Assembly (NCBI RefSeq): GCF_006345805.1
Contig: NW_021832828.1
Span: forward strand, 62,001-126,000
DNA: 64,000 nt
Reading direction: 5' to 3'
Source of the DNA: Octopus sinensis
Lineage: Eukaryota
Both the position numbers and the translations under genes were made by a program. The notes below the pieces were generated by a model, which made no database searches, was not told the DNA's origin, and worked only from the letters and a program-made list of their open reading frames with translations. Below, piece after piece: positions 27,101 to 37,778 of this stretch (positions are counted from its first letter, which is position 1; each line of letters starts with the position of its first letter).

Positions 27101-27457
27101 GTAGACACTGGAGCACAGTACAGTCCTCTGGTTCATCAAATCCTGTAAAACTGTTCAGCCCATGCCAGCACAGAACATGGACATTGAATGACGATGATAT
27201 ATACACACAACTATTACATTGACGAATAAACTTATATACATTTCTACTCAGTAATCAGTGAAATAAATAACTGATTAGTCATTATCATCATTATCATTAT
27301 ACGTCCATTTTCCATGCTGGCATGGGTTGGATGGTTTGACCACAGCTGCACCAGGTTCCAGTCACATCATTTAGTAAACGTCTTTAGCTTTGTCTTGGTC
27401 TATTTTTTGATTTGAAGAAGGAAGCACAGCAACCAGGACACAAATTATCTTCTGTAC

Positions 27458-27513
27458 CAGTGGTTCCCAACCTCTTTACTACCAGGATCCCTTTTAATAT
27501 GCTTATCCTTATG

Positions 27514-27565
<52 letters not shown>

Positions 27566-27765
27566 ATATAAATAAATGTGACCGCATGTGTACCGTTGGC
27601 GATTTTTTTTCCTCCGTCTTCCCTTCTTTGGATCTTTCCTTTTCCTATGTTTCTGACGAAGATCCCCGCTCGAAACGTTAAACCCTCCTTCTTTCCTTCC
27701 TGAGCGTCCAATATTTGTTCCACGTCCTCGCGTTGTTGTGTTTTCTCTTTGTGTTTTCATTGGAT

Positions 27766-27831
<66 letters not shown>

Positions 27832-27900
27832 TATGAAATTTTAAATTTAGTTCATGGATCTCCAATACTACCTTTGTGGACCACAAGTTGGGGGCCACTG
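27458..27900. mobile_element. hAT-type MITE with a Penelope-like fragment nested inside
   Basis: TIRs cagtggttcccaac / gttgggggccactg; degenerate TSD ttctgtac / ttctatcc. Confidence 0.65.
27577..27770 (+). mobile_element. Penelope-like pseudo-LTR fragment with a minimal hammerhead (27649-27683)
   Basis: GTTT-CTGACGA-AGATCCCCGCTC-GAAACGTT-AAAC, flanked by (TA)n on both sides. A homologous copy lies at 41.3-41.5 kb. Confidence 0.7.
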
Positions 27901-30426
27901 TTCTATCCATTATAATTAAGAAAAGTTCAATCAATGAATAAATCTGTATTTTGAATGGTGATGTTTAACTAATTCTTTTTCAAACTAAAGGTTTGATGGC
28001 TTAGGACTTCTGATAATTATCAATTCCAAACTTTTAAGTTGACATTTTTGATCTGTTGTTTTTGAACATGGTGTTTCTCAACCTTTTCTTATTCCACACT
28101 TTTTTTTTTATTGTATGTCCCTACCAAAAAAAAAACAAAAAAACCCTGCACTCTACTATGAATGGACAAATTTTGTTTGTTTACAAGTTTTAATTATATA
28201 TATGCAAATTTTGTTTGTTTATGAGTTTTAATTAAAACTTTATTGCAAGTTTTATTCACTTGTTGCTTATAACCCATTTTGAAGTAACCCACATCAAAAA
28301 CCTGACAAATTCCACTCGTGGGTGGTGCCCTCTTCCATCTTGAAAAACCCTGTTCTAACTTGTTGGGGTTTATCTCAGTTCATCTTAGCTTCTTTGCTGG
28401 ACATACCTCTTGGACAGAGGAAATATATTCAAGAATCTGGTAAAAGATCTCATTCAGCCTTAAATCCCTAATACAATATATTTATATTAAATGTCCTCTC
28501 CTCACTATTCCAGACATTTACCATTCTACTGAATGAAAGATTTCCTTTGTTAACCTGCTCTTTTCCATTCCCCTTTATTTATTTATTTTTTTGTAAAATC
28601 TATTTGAATAGATTAGTTCTTGCATAAAATGGTGTTTTTCAGTCCTTCCCAGAACATCAGTCCTCTGGAATTTCCTCACCAGCATGTTTACCCCTGCAGA
28701 TATTAGATGTGCTAGTCTATTCTCCAACATTTACACAACAACAATCTAGTTTTACATTTAAGTGACAATGTAAAATGTCATGCATTTGTAAAATAATCCT
28801 AAATTTATTTGAAACACATGTAATTTTATTGTATTCTGAATTCTTGTTAGGGCTTCTGTTAGTTGAAGTCAACTACATATCTAACCCTAAAAGTGCAGAT
28901 CTGGGCAAGATTTTATTTTGCTTTTGCAGAAGATTGGTTTATTTGGGCATGTGGGTATGTTATTGTTATTGTCCAAAGGAAAGGTTGGTTTTGGGTCAAT
29001 GCAGCTTGACCAATGCAGTTACAAGCATCAACAGCTTCGTCATAATTTAATATCCACTTTTCCATGCTTCCATGGGTCAGTAAAAAAAATTGTTGAGGTA
29101 AATTTTCTGGGGCCCAATGTTACCAACTCACTCCTGTTTCCAAGCAATAATAATATTTCCCCATGGAACAAACAACATTTCTTGCATGAAGGTGACTTTC
29201 AGAAACATTTCTTCACACTCACAATTACTGAAGCAGGGAATGTAGGACCTGCATCCATTGTCAACTGTCAGGAAACTGGGCTCTCAAAAATTCCATGCTT
29301 CCTGAAATTTACCTACACTGCATGTGATGAGCCTATGCACCCTTATTCTTTATGACTCTTTTAAACTGGTCATATCCAGCTGAAAATGTTTTCCCCTTTT
29401 ACATTAAAACTGGCCTAGTTCTGCTTTTCACACCTGCCTTACAATGTCAGTGTAAAAATAAACAATAATATTGAAATCTCAAACTTGTGAGATAATACCT
29501 GTGTAATTAAAAAAAACAAGTGAATAAATGAGTATTACATTTGACAGATAATCTGAATGCCAAGGGGTGAATGTTCATTTTTCTCTATTTTTGTGTTTTA
29601 TTCTGTGTACTATGTATGTATTTCTGGCTTTGTTTACTAGACTTTTATGTCTGCTGTTTCCTCTTTTAACCTTCTCCAACAAATTATATTGCACCTGAAC
29701 ACTATACAATAAAGCTCTTTATATATTGCTGTCAGACTGCAAGTGGCCAGAACTGATACTATAAGGCACTTTTACCAATGCTCTAATAGTTCTACCAATG
29801 CACCACACTAGATTGGTCACTTTATTCAATGATCCTGAGATGATTTGAACACCAGGCACAGAATCAGAACAAAAACTACGAGACATTCTATACTAAGAGT
29901 CTACCAGTTTGATACCTTAAGTTTGAAGAAATTCTTCATGACTTTTCACTATCTAGCTTCTATGGACACTAGATATGTATGTTTTAGTAAATTAATATGA
30001 TTTAAAAAGCAAATAATAATAAAAAAAGATATACATGAGAAACTATTGATGAGATTATTTTTGTCTGATTTTCTTAGATTTACATTTCATTTTGGTAAAA
30101 TCCCAAGACTCACATAATGCTAAAAAAAATCTGATATATAATTTTTTGCTTAATTTGTATTCATTTCTAGAACATAATTTAAAATATAATATTTGTAATA
30201 AATTTGCAAATATGATGGGTTAATTAATTTTTTTTTTGTGGCATCTAAAATTTGTTACAAAAATTAAGTGCAACACTGATAATATCTCTGAATCATCTAA
30301 GGGGTGGGAATTTTTTCAAGTGGCACTTGAGCGTGACTGGTTCAAAACAAATAGATGATTGTCTGTTTTGGGCTAATTTGTATGACTACAATATTGGGCA
30401 TGTCATGTTATCTGACCTGAGATTGC

Positions 30427-30473
<47 letters not shown>

Positions 30474-32037
30474 GCACACACAATCAATCATACTGTAAAT
30501 GTTGTGATGACTAATGTGTCAGTTTGGATTACTAATTAGCTTTTCCATTTAGTTAGCTGTCCTGACTCGTGTGTTGAGAACAGAAATTCTTAACTTAGGT
30601 GGGAGTGCTTCCGTGCGAGTGTTGTGTTCTCATAAAGGGTTGGTGAGTTTGTTATTTTACTTTGAAAAAAATAATTTAATCAGATTCAGTCCATAGGTTT
30701 TAAATATATTTCCAAAAGCAATTTAAAAAAAATCCTTCTCAGGATTAGAATGAATTGAATATTGTGTTATGAGTTAGCAGAAGCATGATTGATGATGTAA
30801 TGAGGTCCAATGTAATTTCATTATGTAAGTCCTCACATTTAGTAGTTTTCATAAGTTTAAAATAGGGGAAACTTATCATCTATACAAATATCTAAAAAGA
30901 AAACCTGCCCACCACAATAATTGATATCCAAAAACCAAAGTGCCACATAAAAAGCACTGGTGATGGTGTCGTGTAAAAAGCACTGTAAAGTGGTTGGTGT
31001 TTGGAAGGGCATCCAGCTGTAGAAATCAAGCCAAAATACACTACGGAACTTGGTGCAACCCCTGTTCTTGCCAGTTATTGCTGAGCTGTGCAATCCATAC
31101 CAGCATGGAAAACAGACATTAAATTTTGATGATCACGAAACACATGGTTGATTATATGGATAATAAACTATTGCTTGAAATAATTTCCATTTAATAAAAA
31201 AATTTTTTTAACCTGCAAAGAAAACATTTTAAAAATTTGTGAAACACTGATGAAAAGCAGCATTATGCTACAAAAAGTGATATTGTGTCTCAGAAGGTTA
31301 GGAAGCACTCATTTAGAAGTTCTGCTATAAATTGTTGCAAAAGTTGGCACACATAGTGTCTTTTGTTCTTCTGTATATAATGATGAGAGTTTGGCAGGCC
31401 AACAGAGAACTTCAGATTTTGAATTTAGAGGTGAAAATTGGTTATAAGCAGCTGTAGTTATGAATTTCACTGTTCATATATCTAGTGTGGATTTTCAGTT
31501 AAAGTGTTTTCATTTTGCTCCACATGTGGTTTGTAAGCATAGGTTATGTACAGTCTGTCTTGATGTCAAGATCATTGTTTTTGCACTTCATAACAATTAT
31601 TGATATTCTACAAAGCTTCAGTGATGTCCAGAACAGGGTTTTCCTGTCAAATCTGGACTGCTATTGTTGTCCACACAGACCTCCTAGATAGGAGCCACCC
31701 AACTGATTGACATAAAATCCTTTACAAACATACTCCAACCTCTTGCTCACAGCCATGCTGTTTTCTCCCTCTGACTTTTCTTTTACTACTATAATAGCCT
31801 CTGCTCCCACTGTTGACTGGGCTCATGACACCCATACTCAGGCATTCTTATCCTACTTTCCTTTGATCTTCTCCATTGTTGTGTCTAACCTCACCATGAT
31901 CCATACTAATCATTAAACTCATTCCTTTCTTCCCAGAATATTGACCCTTTGGAATTTCCTCCTGCTTGTGCCTATCCCACAGAGCGACTTCTAGAGGGTC
32001 AAGAGAAACATTAATGGCATCAATTTTACTAGTTTAA

Positions 32038-32238
32038 CCCTTTAGTCTTTAAACCAGCCACATCCTGTTTTATGTTCAAACTGACCAGCTCTGGCCTCTT
32101 ACACTTATCCTACAATGTCATTTCAAAAATGAACAAACACTTCATCGAAATTTCAAAACTGAGATAATGCATGATTAATTTTAAACAATGTGAATAAGAA
32201 AGTATTATATTTGACGAATTAATCTGAATGCTAATGGG
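32038..32238. mobile_element. piggyBac-type MITE of about 200 bp
   Basis: TTAA|CCC...GGG|TTAA ends. Relatives at 48958-49157, 57368-57554, about 29350-29570 and about 60365-60580. Confidence 0.75.
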
Positions 32239-32330
32239 TTAAGAGAACTTGTGAAGGCCATGGGCACTTTTCCATCCTCCAGACTGAGCAAAAAAGAAAA
32301 AAAAAGTTGGGAAACTGAAAGAAGCCTGTC

Positions 32331-32369
<39 letters not shown>

Positions 32370-32488
32370 ACAATCAAGGAACGGCCATAATAGGCCATTC
32401 ACCCACTAGAAATAACAGCCAAAGCTTCAACCGCAAATAAAAGTCAATTCCGTAAACAGGAGAAAATTTAAAAAAACATTACCCTGTA

Positions 32489-32595
32489 ATTTCTTATACG
32501 ATGCACCGTTTCGTCTGCTGTTTAATGGTAAACTAACCTGATTAAATTAAATCAAGCCAATCTTCCATAGGCCCTCAGATTCTTCAGTAAGAAAT
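32489..32595 (-). ncRNA. Type I hammerhead ribozyme, copy 1
   Basis: Minus strand reads AUUUCUUA-CUGAAGA-AUCUG...CAGAC-GAAAC-GGUGCAUC-GUA|UAAGAAAU. Stem I is a perfect 8 bp. Predicted cleavage between 32497 and 32496. Confidence 0.85.
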
Positions 32596-32979
32596 AGCCA
32601 CAAGTCGGAACAGATATTTTCACGAGGCATTTCCGACCCTGCCAAGTTATATCTGACCTAAAATTTTCAAATCATCGCACTCGCGCCAAATTTATCGGCA
32701 GCAAATAAATATAAGCCGTCGATTCCATTACGGAATTAACCAGAAAATTCATAATTAATCAATATAGGGTGCCAGAAAAAATTTTGTAGAATTTTTTTGC
32801 CACCAGCGGCCTAGTGGGGAAAAGATTAAATAGTCATATACCATTTTTAAGTTCAACATCAACAATCAAGGAACGGCCATAATAGGCCATTCACCCACTA
32901 GAAATAACAGCCAAGCTTCAACCGCAAATAAAAGTCAATTCCGTAAACAGGAGAAAATTTAAAAAACATTTACCCTGTA

Positions 32980-33086
32980 ATTTCTTATACGATGCACCGT
33001 TTCGTCTGCTGTTTAATGGTAAACTAACCTGATTAAATTAAATCAAGCCAATCTTCCATAGGCCCTCAGATTCTTCAGTAAGAAAT
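32980..33086 (-). ncRNA. Type I hammerhead ribozyme, copy 2
   Basis: Same motif as copy 1. Confidence 0.85.
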
Positions 33087-33469
33087 AGCCAAGTCGGAAC
33101 AGATATTTTCACGAGGCATTTCCGACCCTGCCAAGTTAATATCTGACCTAAAATTTTCAAATCATCGCACTAGCGCCAAATTTATCGGCAGCAAATAAAT
33201 ATAAGCCGTCGATTCCATTACGGAATTAACCAGAAAATTCATAATTAATCAATATAGGGTGCCAAAAAAAATTTTGCAGAATTTTTTTGCCACCAGCGGC
33301 CTAGTGGGAAAAAATTAAATAGTCATATACCATTTTTAAGTTCAACATCAACAATCAAGGAACGGCCATAATAGGCCATTCACCCACTAGAAATAACAGC
33401 CAAAGCTTCAACCGCAAATAAAAGTCAATTCCGTAAACAGGAGAAAATTTAAAAAAACATTACCCTGTA

Positions 33470-33576
33470 ATTTCTTATACGATGCACCGTTTCGTCTGCT
33501 GTTTAATGGTAAACTAACCTGATTAAATTAAATCAAGCCAATCTTCCATAGGCCCTCAGATTCTTCAGTAAGAAAT
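33470..33576 (-). ncRNA. Type I hammerhead ribozyme, copy 3
   Basis: Same motif as copy 1. Confidence 0.85.
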
Positions 33577-33959
33577 AGCCACAAGTCGGAACAGATATTT
33601 TCACGAGGCATTTCCGACCCTGCCAAGTTAATATCTGACCTAAAATTTTCAAATCATCGCACTCGCGCCAAATTATCGGCAGCAAATAAATATAAGCCGT
33701 CGATTCCATTACGGAATTAACCAGAAAATTCATAATTAATCAATATAGGGTGCCAAAAAAAATTTTGCAGAATTTTTTTGCCACCAGCGGCCTAGTGGGA
33801 AAAAATTAAATAGTCATATACCATTTTTAAGTTCAACATCAACAATCAAGGAACGGCCATAATAGGCCATTCACCCACTAGAAATAACAGCCAAAGCTTC
33901 AACCGCAAATAAAAGTCAATTCCGTAACAGGAGAAAATTTAAAAAACATTTACCCTGTA

Positions 33960-34066
33960 ATTTCTTATACGATGCACCGTTTCGTCTGCTGTTTAATGGT
34001 AAACTAACCTGATTAAATTAAATCAAGCCAATCTTCCATAGGCCCTCAGATTCTTCAGTAAGAAAT
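33960..34066 (-). ncRNA. Type I hammerhead ribozyme, copy 4
   Basis: Same motif as copy 1. Confidence 0.85.
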
Positions 34067-34451
34067 AGCCACAAGTCGGAACAGATATTTTCACGAGGCA
34101 TTTCCGACCCTGCCAAGTTAATATCTGACCTAAAATTTTCAAATCATCGCACTCGCGCCAAATTTATCGGCAGCAAATAAATATAAGCCGTCGATTCCAT
34201 TACGGAATTAACCAGAAAATTCATAATTAATCAATATAGGGTGCCAAAAAAAATTTTGTAGAATTTTTTTGCCACCAGCGGCCTAGTGGGAAAAAATTAA
34301 ATAGTCATATACCATTTTTAAGTTCAACATCAACAATCAAGGAACGGCCATAATAGGCCATTCACCCACTAGAAATAACAGCCAAAGCTTCAACCGCAAA
34401 TAAAAGTCAATTCCGTAAACAGGAGAAAATTTAAAAAACATTTACCCTGTA

Positions 34452-34558
34452 ATTTCTTATACGATGCACCGTTTCGTCTGCTGTTTAATGGTAAACTAAC
34501 CTGATTAAATTAAATCAAGCCAATCTTCCATAGGCCCTCAGATTCTTCAGTAAGAAAT
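34452..34558 (-). ncRNA. Type I hammerhead ribozyme, copy 5
   Basis: Same motif as copy 1. A sixth, truncated copy (3' half only) lies at 34943-34973. Confidence 0.85.
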
Positions 34559-34970
34559 AGCCACAAGTCGGAACAGATATTTTCACGAGGCATTTCCGAC
34601 CCTGCCAAGTTAATATCTGACCTAAAATTTTCAAATCATCGCACTCGCGCCAAATTTATCGGCAGCAAATAAATATAAGCCGTCGATTCCATTACGGAAT
34701 TAACCAGAAAATTCATAATTAATCAATATAGGGTGCCAAAAAAAATTTTGCAGAATTTTTTTGCCACCAGCGGCCTAGTGGGAAAAAATTAAATAGTCAT
34801 ATACCATTTTTAAGTTCAACATCAACAATCAAGGAACGGCCATAATAGGCCATTCACCCACTAGAAATAACAGCCAAAGCTTCAACCGCAAATAAAAGTC
34901 AATTCCGTAAACAGGAGAAAATTTAAAAACATTTACCCTGTAATTTCTTATACGATGCACCGTTTCGTCT

Positions 34971-34997
34971 GCTACTTACCACACAGCCACTCCTGCA

Positions 34998-35063
<66 letters not shown>

Positions 35064-35090
35064 TGCAGGAGTGGCTGTGTGGTAAGTAGC
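34971..35090. repeat. Perfect 120-bp palindrome at the array junction
   Basis: 30-bp arm gctacttacc...gcacct, then (AT)30, then the exact reverse complement of the arm, which is the start of the adjacent SINE. Confidence 0.95.
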
Positions 35091-35455
35091 TTGCTTATCA
35101 ACCACATGGTTCCGGGTCCAGTTCCACTGCGTGGCACCTTGGACAAATGTCTTCTACTATAGCATCGGGCTGACCAAAGCCTTGTGAGTGGATTTGGTAG
35201 ACAGAAACTGAAAGAAGCCCATCGTATGTATATATATATATGTCTGTGTGTGTGTTTGAGTGTCTGTGTTTGTCCCCCCAACATCGCTTGACAACTGATG
35301 CTGGTGTGTTTACGTCCCCGTTACTTAGCAGTTCGGCTAGAGAGAGCAATAGAATAAGTACTAGACTTACAAAGAATAAGTCTTGGGGGTCGATTTGCTT
35401 GACTAAAGGCTGTGCTCCAGCATGGCTGCAATCAAATGACTGAAACAAATTAAAG
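35061..35455 (+). mobile_element. SINE of the same family, full length
   Basis: Same head, body and tail; starts immediately after (AT)30. Confidence 0.8.
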
Positions 35456-36081
35456 AATAAATATATGTGTGTGTGTGTCTATGTTTATTCCCCAGCCATT
35501 GCTTGACAACCGATGTCCCTGTAAGTTGGTGGTTTGGCAAAAGAGACCGATAGAATAAGTACTCGTCTTACAAAGAATGAGTCGATTTCTTTGACTAAAA
35601 ACCCTTTGATGTTGTGCTCCAGCATGGCTGCGGTCAATGACTGAAACAAATAAAAGAGTAAAAGAAAGAATATTAAACAGCTCTGGCATATTCTATAATG
35701 ACTACTTTCTTGCAGTAGAAAATATCTTTTATCTTTTACTTGATTCAGTGTTGGGACTATGGCGAAGCTAGTGCACCACCTTAGAGAGTTTAGTTGAAAT
35801 GGACATAAGCAAACCAGCAGCGGTTGTCAAGACAAACACACACACATGATCTTTTACTCTTTTACTTGTTTCAGTCATTTGACTGTGGCCATGCTAGAGT
35901 ATTGCCTTAAGGGTTTTAGTCAAATAAATTGATTCCAGGACTTATTCTTTGTAAGCCTAATACTTTTTCTATTGGTCTCTTTTGCCAAACTGATAAGTTA
36001 TGGGGACATAAACACACCGGCATTGGTTGTCAAGCGATGGTGGGAGGACAAACACAGGAACACACACATCACATATATATA

Positions 36082-37212
36082 CTAGCTGAATAGGCCGTTG
36101 TTGTTGGGCAGTTTTCACAAAATGTATATAAATTTTTGTTTATTCCATGTCAGACCATGCCTTCCCCAACAGATAGGCCTCTTGATCAGGACAGATTTGT
36201 GCAATATTTTGGGAAAAACTTTGTTTGCAATCTTTTTCCATTTTAAATTATTTACATGTTTGTTTGACCGTTTCACATGAACTTATTCATTAAAAACTTA
36301 TTAAAACTTCAGAAGTTCTTACAACTTTGGTTGTTATAATGCTTTGCTTTCGTTTGTTTAATAAAAGTTCCTCCTGGTAATGATTTTGCTTTCATTTTGT
36401 GATAGACAACTTTCATGCAGAAAACACCAGCTTCCAAATCCTGTTTTCTGATTAGGTAAAGTTAATTAAACTTTAAATCCCAGTAACATTTTCCTGGGAC
36501 AAATAAATAACAAAATCGGAGTGGAAAATTTTTTCAATATACTAAATTTGAAAATTTTGATGTAATTCTAAAATTTCACAATGTGACAGCAACTGGGAAG
36601 ACCCTACAAAATTAGAGAGACAGACTGTTACACGCATTGAAAATTGAAAGATGGATTTGAACATTTTTCTGAACCATTAGAATCTTGAGATGATGTAAAA
36701 TTCCATATAAGTAGTACTGAAGGTGCAATGTAAAGAAACAACACTGAATGTTTTTATATTCTTACATCTTTTAGTGTGAGTTGTGTGTTATTTTTCAATT
36801 TGTGTTAAGAATGAATCAGTTTTAGCTATGGAATAAAATGAATGACATTATCTATAGTTTTATTGTTTCAGTACATTGGTAAAGTTCTAATAAATGTTAA
36901 TATAGTGATATGAAAACAGATATATAAACACTTTACCTTTCACTCGTTAGTTTTACATCTGTTGTTGGACATATTGTAAAAGTTTTGATTGAGTGTACAA
37001 TAGTTAATTCACTAAAATGCATGTGTTAACTGATAGGTAAAAAGTAAAGAACAAAGTATTAAAATTTGCTGTTCCCTTCATTAAACACCTTCTCCTGCTT
37101 TATCTTTGTTTCTCATTCTCCTCCCCTTCCCTGATATCAGCCACCCTCATTATGCCACCACATTTCCCTCAACCTAACACTCTTTGAGCCCTTCTCATTT
37201 TATTATATAATA
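36082..37212 (-). mobile_element. Possible non-autonomous Helitron
   Basis: Minus-strand gcccaacaacaacggcc...CTAG|T end and a tatataataaaa start; no coding remnant. Confidence 0.4.
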
Positions 37213-37519
37213 GCCCAACCACTGTAGGGGGCCCATTATTGATTTTTATTGAAATCCATTTAGCCTACAATTGAATTGGATGTTAGTTAAACATGTATGC
37301 AAAGTTTCGTGAAGACTGGTTCACTGGTATAGGCAGCAAGGTGGTATCAGACAGAAAGATAGAAATTTCCACTTATATATAAGACATATGACAGTCTTCT
37401 TTCAGTTTCCATCTACCAAATGCACCCACAAGGCTTTGGTTGGTCTGATGCTATAGTAGAAGACACTTGCCCAAGGTGCCATGTGGTTGGGAAGCAAACT
37501 TCTAACCACACGGCCACGC

Positions 37520-37559
<40 letters not shown>

Positions 37560-37632
37560 GTAAATGTAAAAAAATACAAACTGGGACAAGAACGTGAAAC
37601 ATTTAGAAGACGATACAAAAAACACGGACGGG

Positions 37633-37778
37633 ACATTCAAAGCCTTCAATCTTCAGTCAAGAACCGGATCATCTTCGCAATTTTGGCTGATTAATCTTGA
37701 GATTGTTCCAATCTGGCCAGCCCCAAAGGAAAATCTAAGCCAAGCGCATTAGATTCCTTGGAAGAAAGCCTCGAATGT
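37633..37778 (-). ncRNA. Permuted hammerhead-like structured RNA, element A (within a repeat at about 37560-38240)
   Basis: Order is CAAUC|UCAAGA...CAGCC-AAAA-UUG...UCUUGA-CUGAAGA, with a 15-bp closing stem. The stems covary with element B. Confidence 0.6.

Larger units (their letters stand above)
32367..34973 (-). mobile_element. Tandem array of about 5.3 x 489-492 bp hammerhead-containing units (retrozyme-like)
   Basis: Units start at 32367, 32859, 33348, 33839, 34330 and 34822 and are nearly identical. There is one hammerhead per unit on the minus strand. The array abuts a (TA)n tract. Confidence 0.88.

Noticed and set aside
32367-34973. CRISPR array or coding repeat (ORF 33533-33733)
   Set aside because: The units are wholly repeated with no unique spacers, the context is eukaryotic, and the 66-aa ORF is called in only one copy because of an indel.
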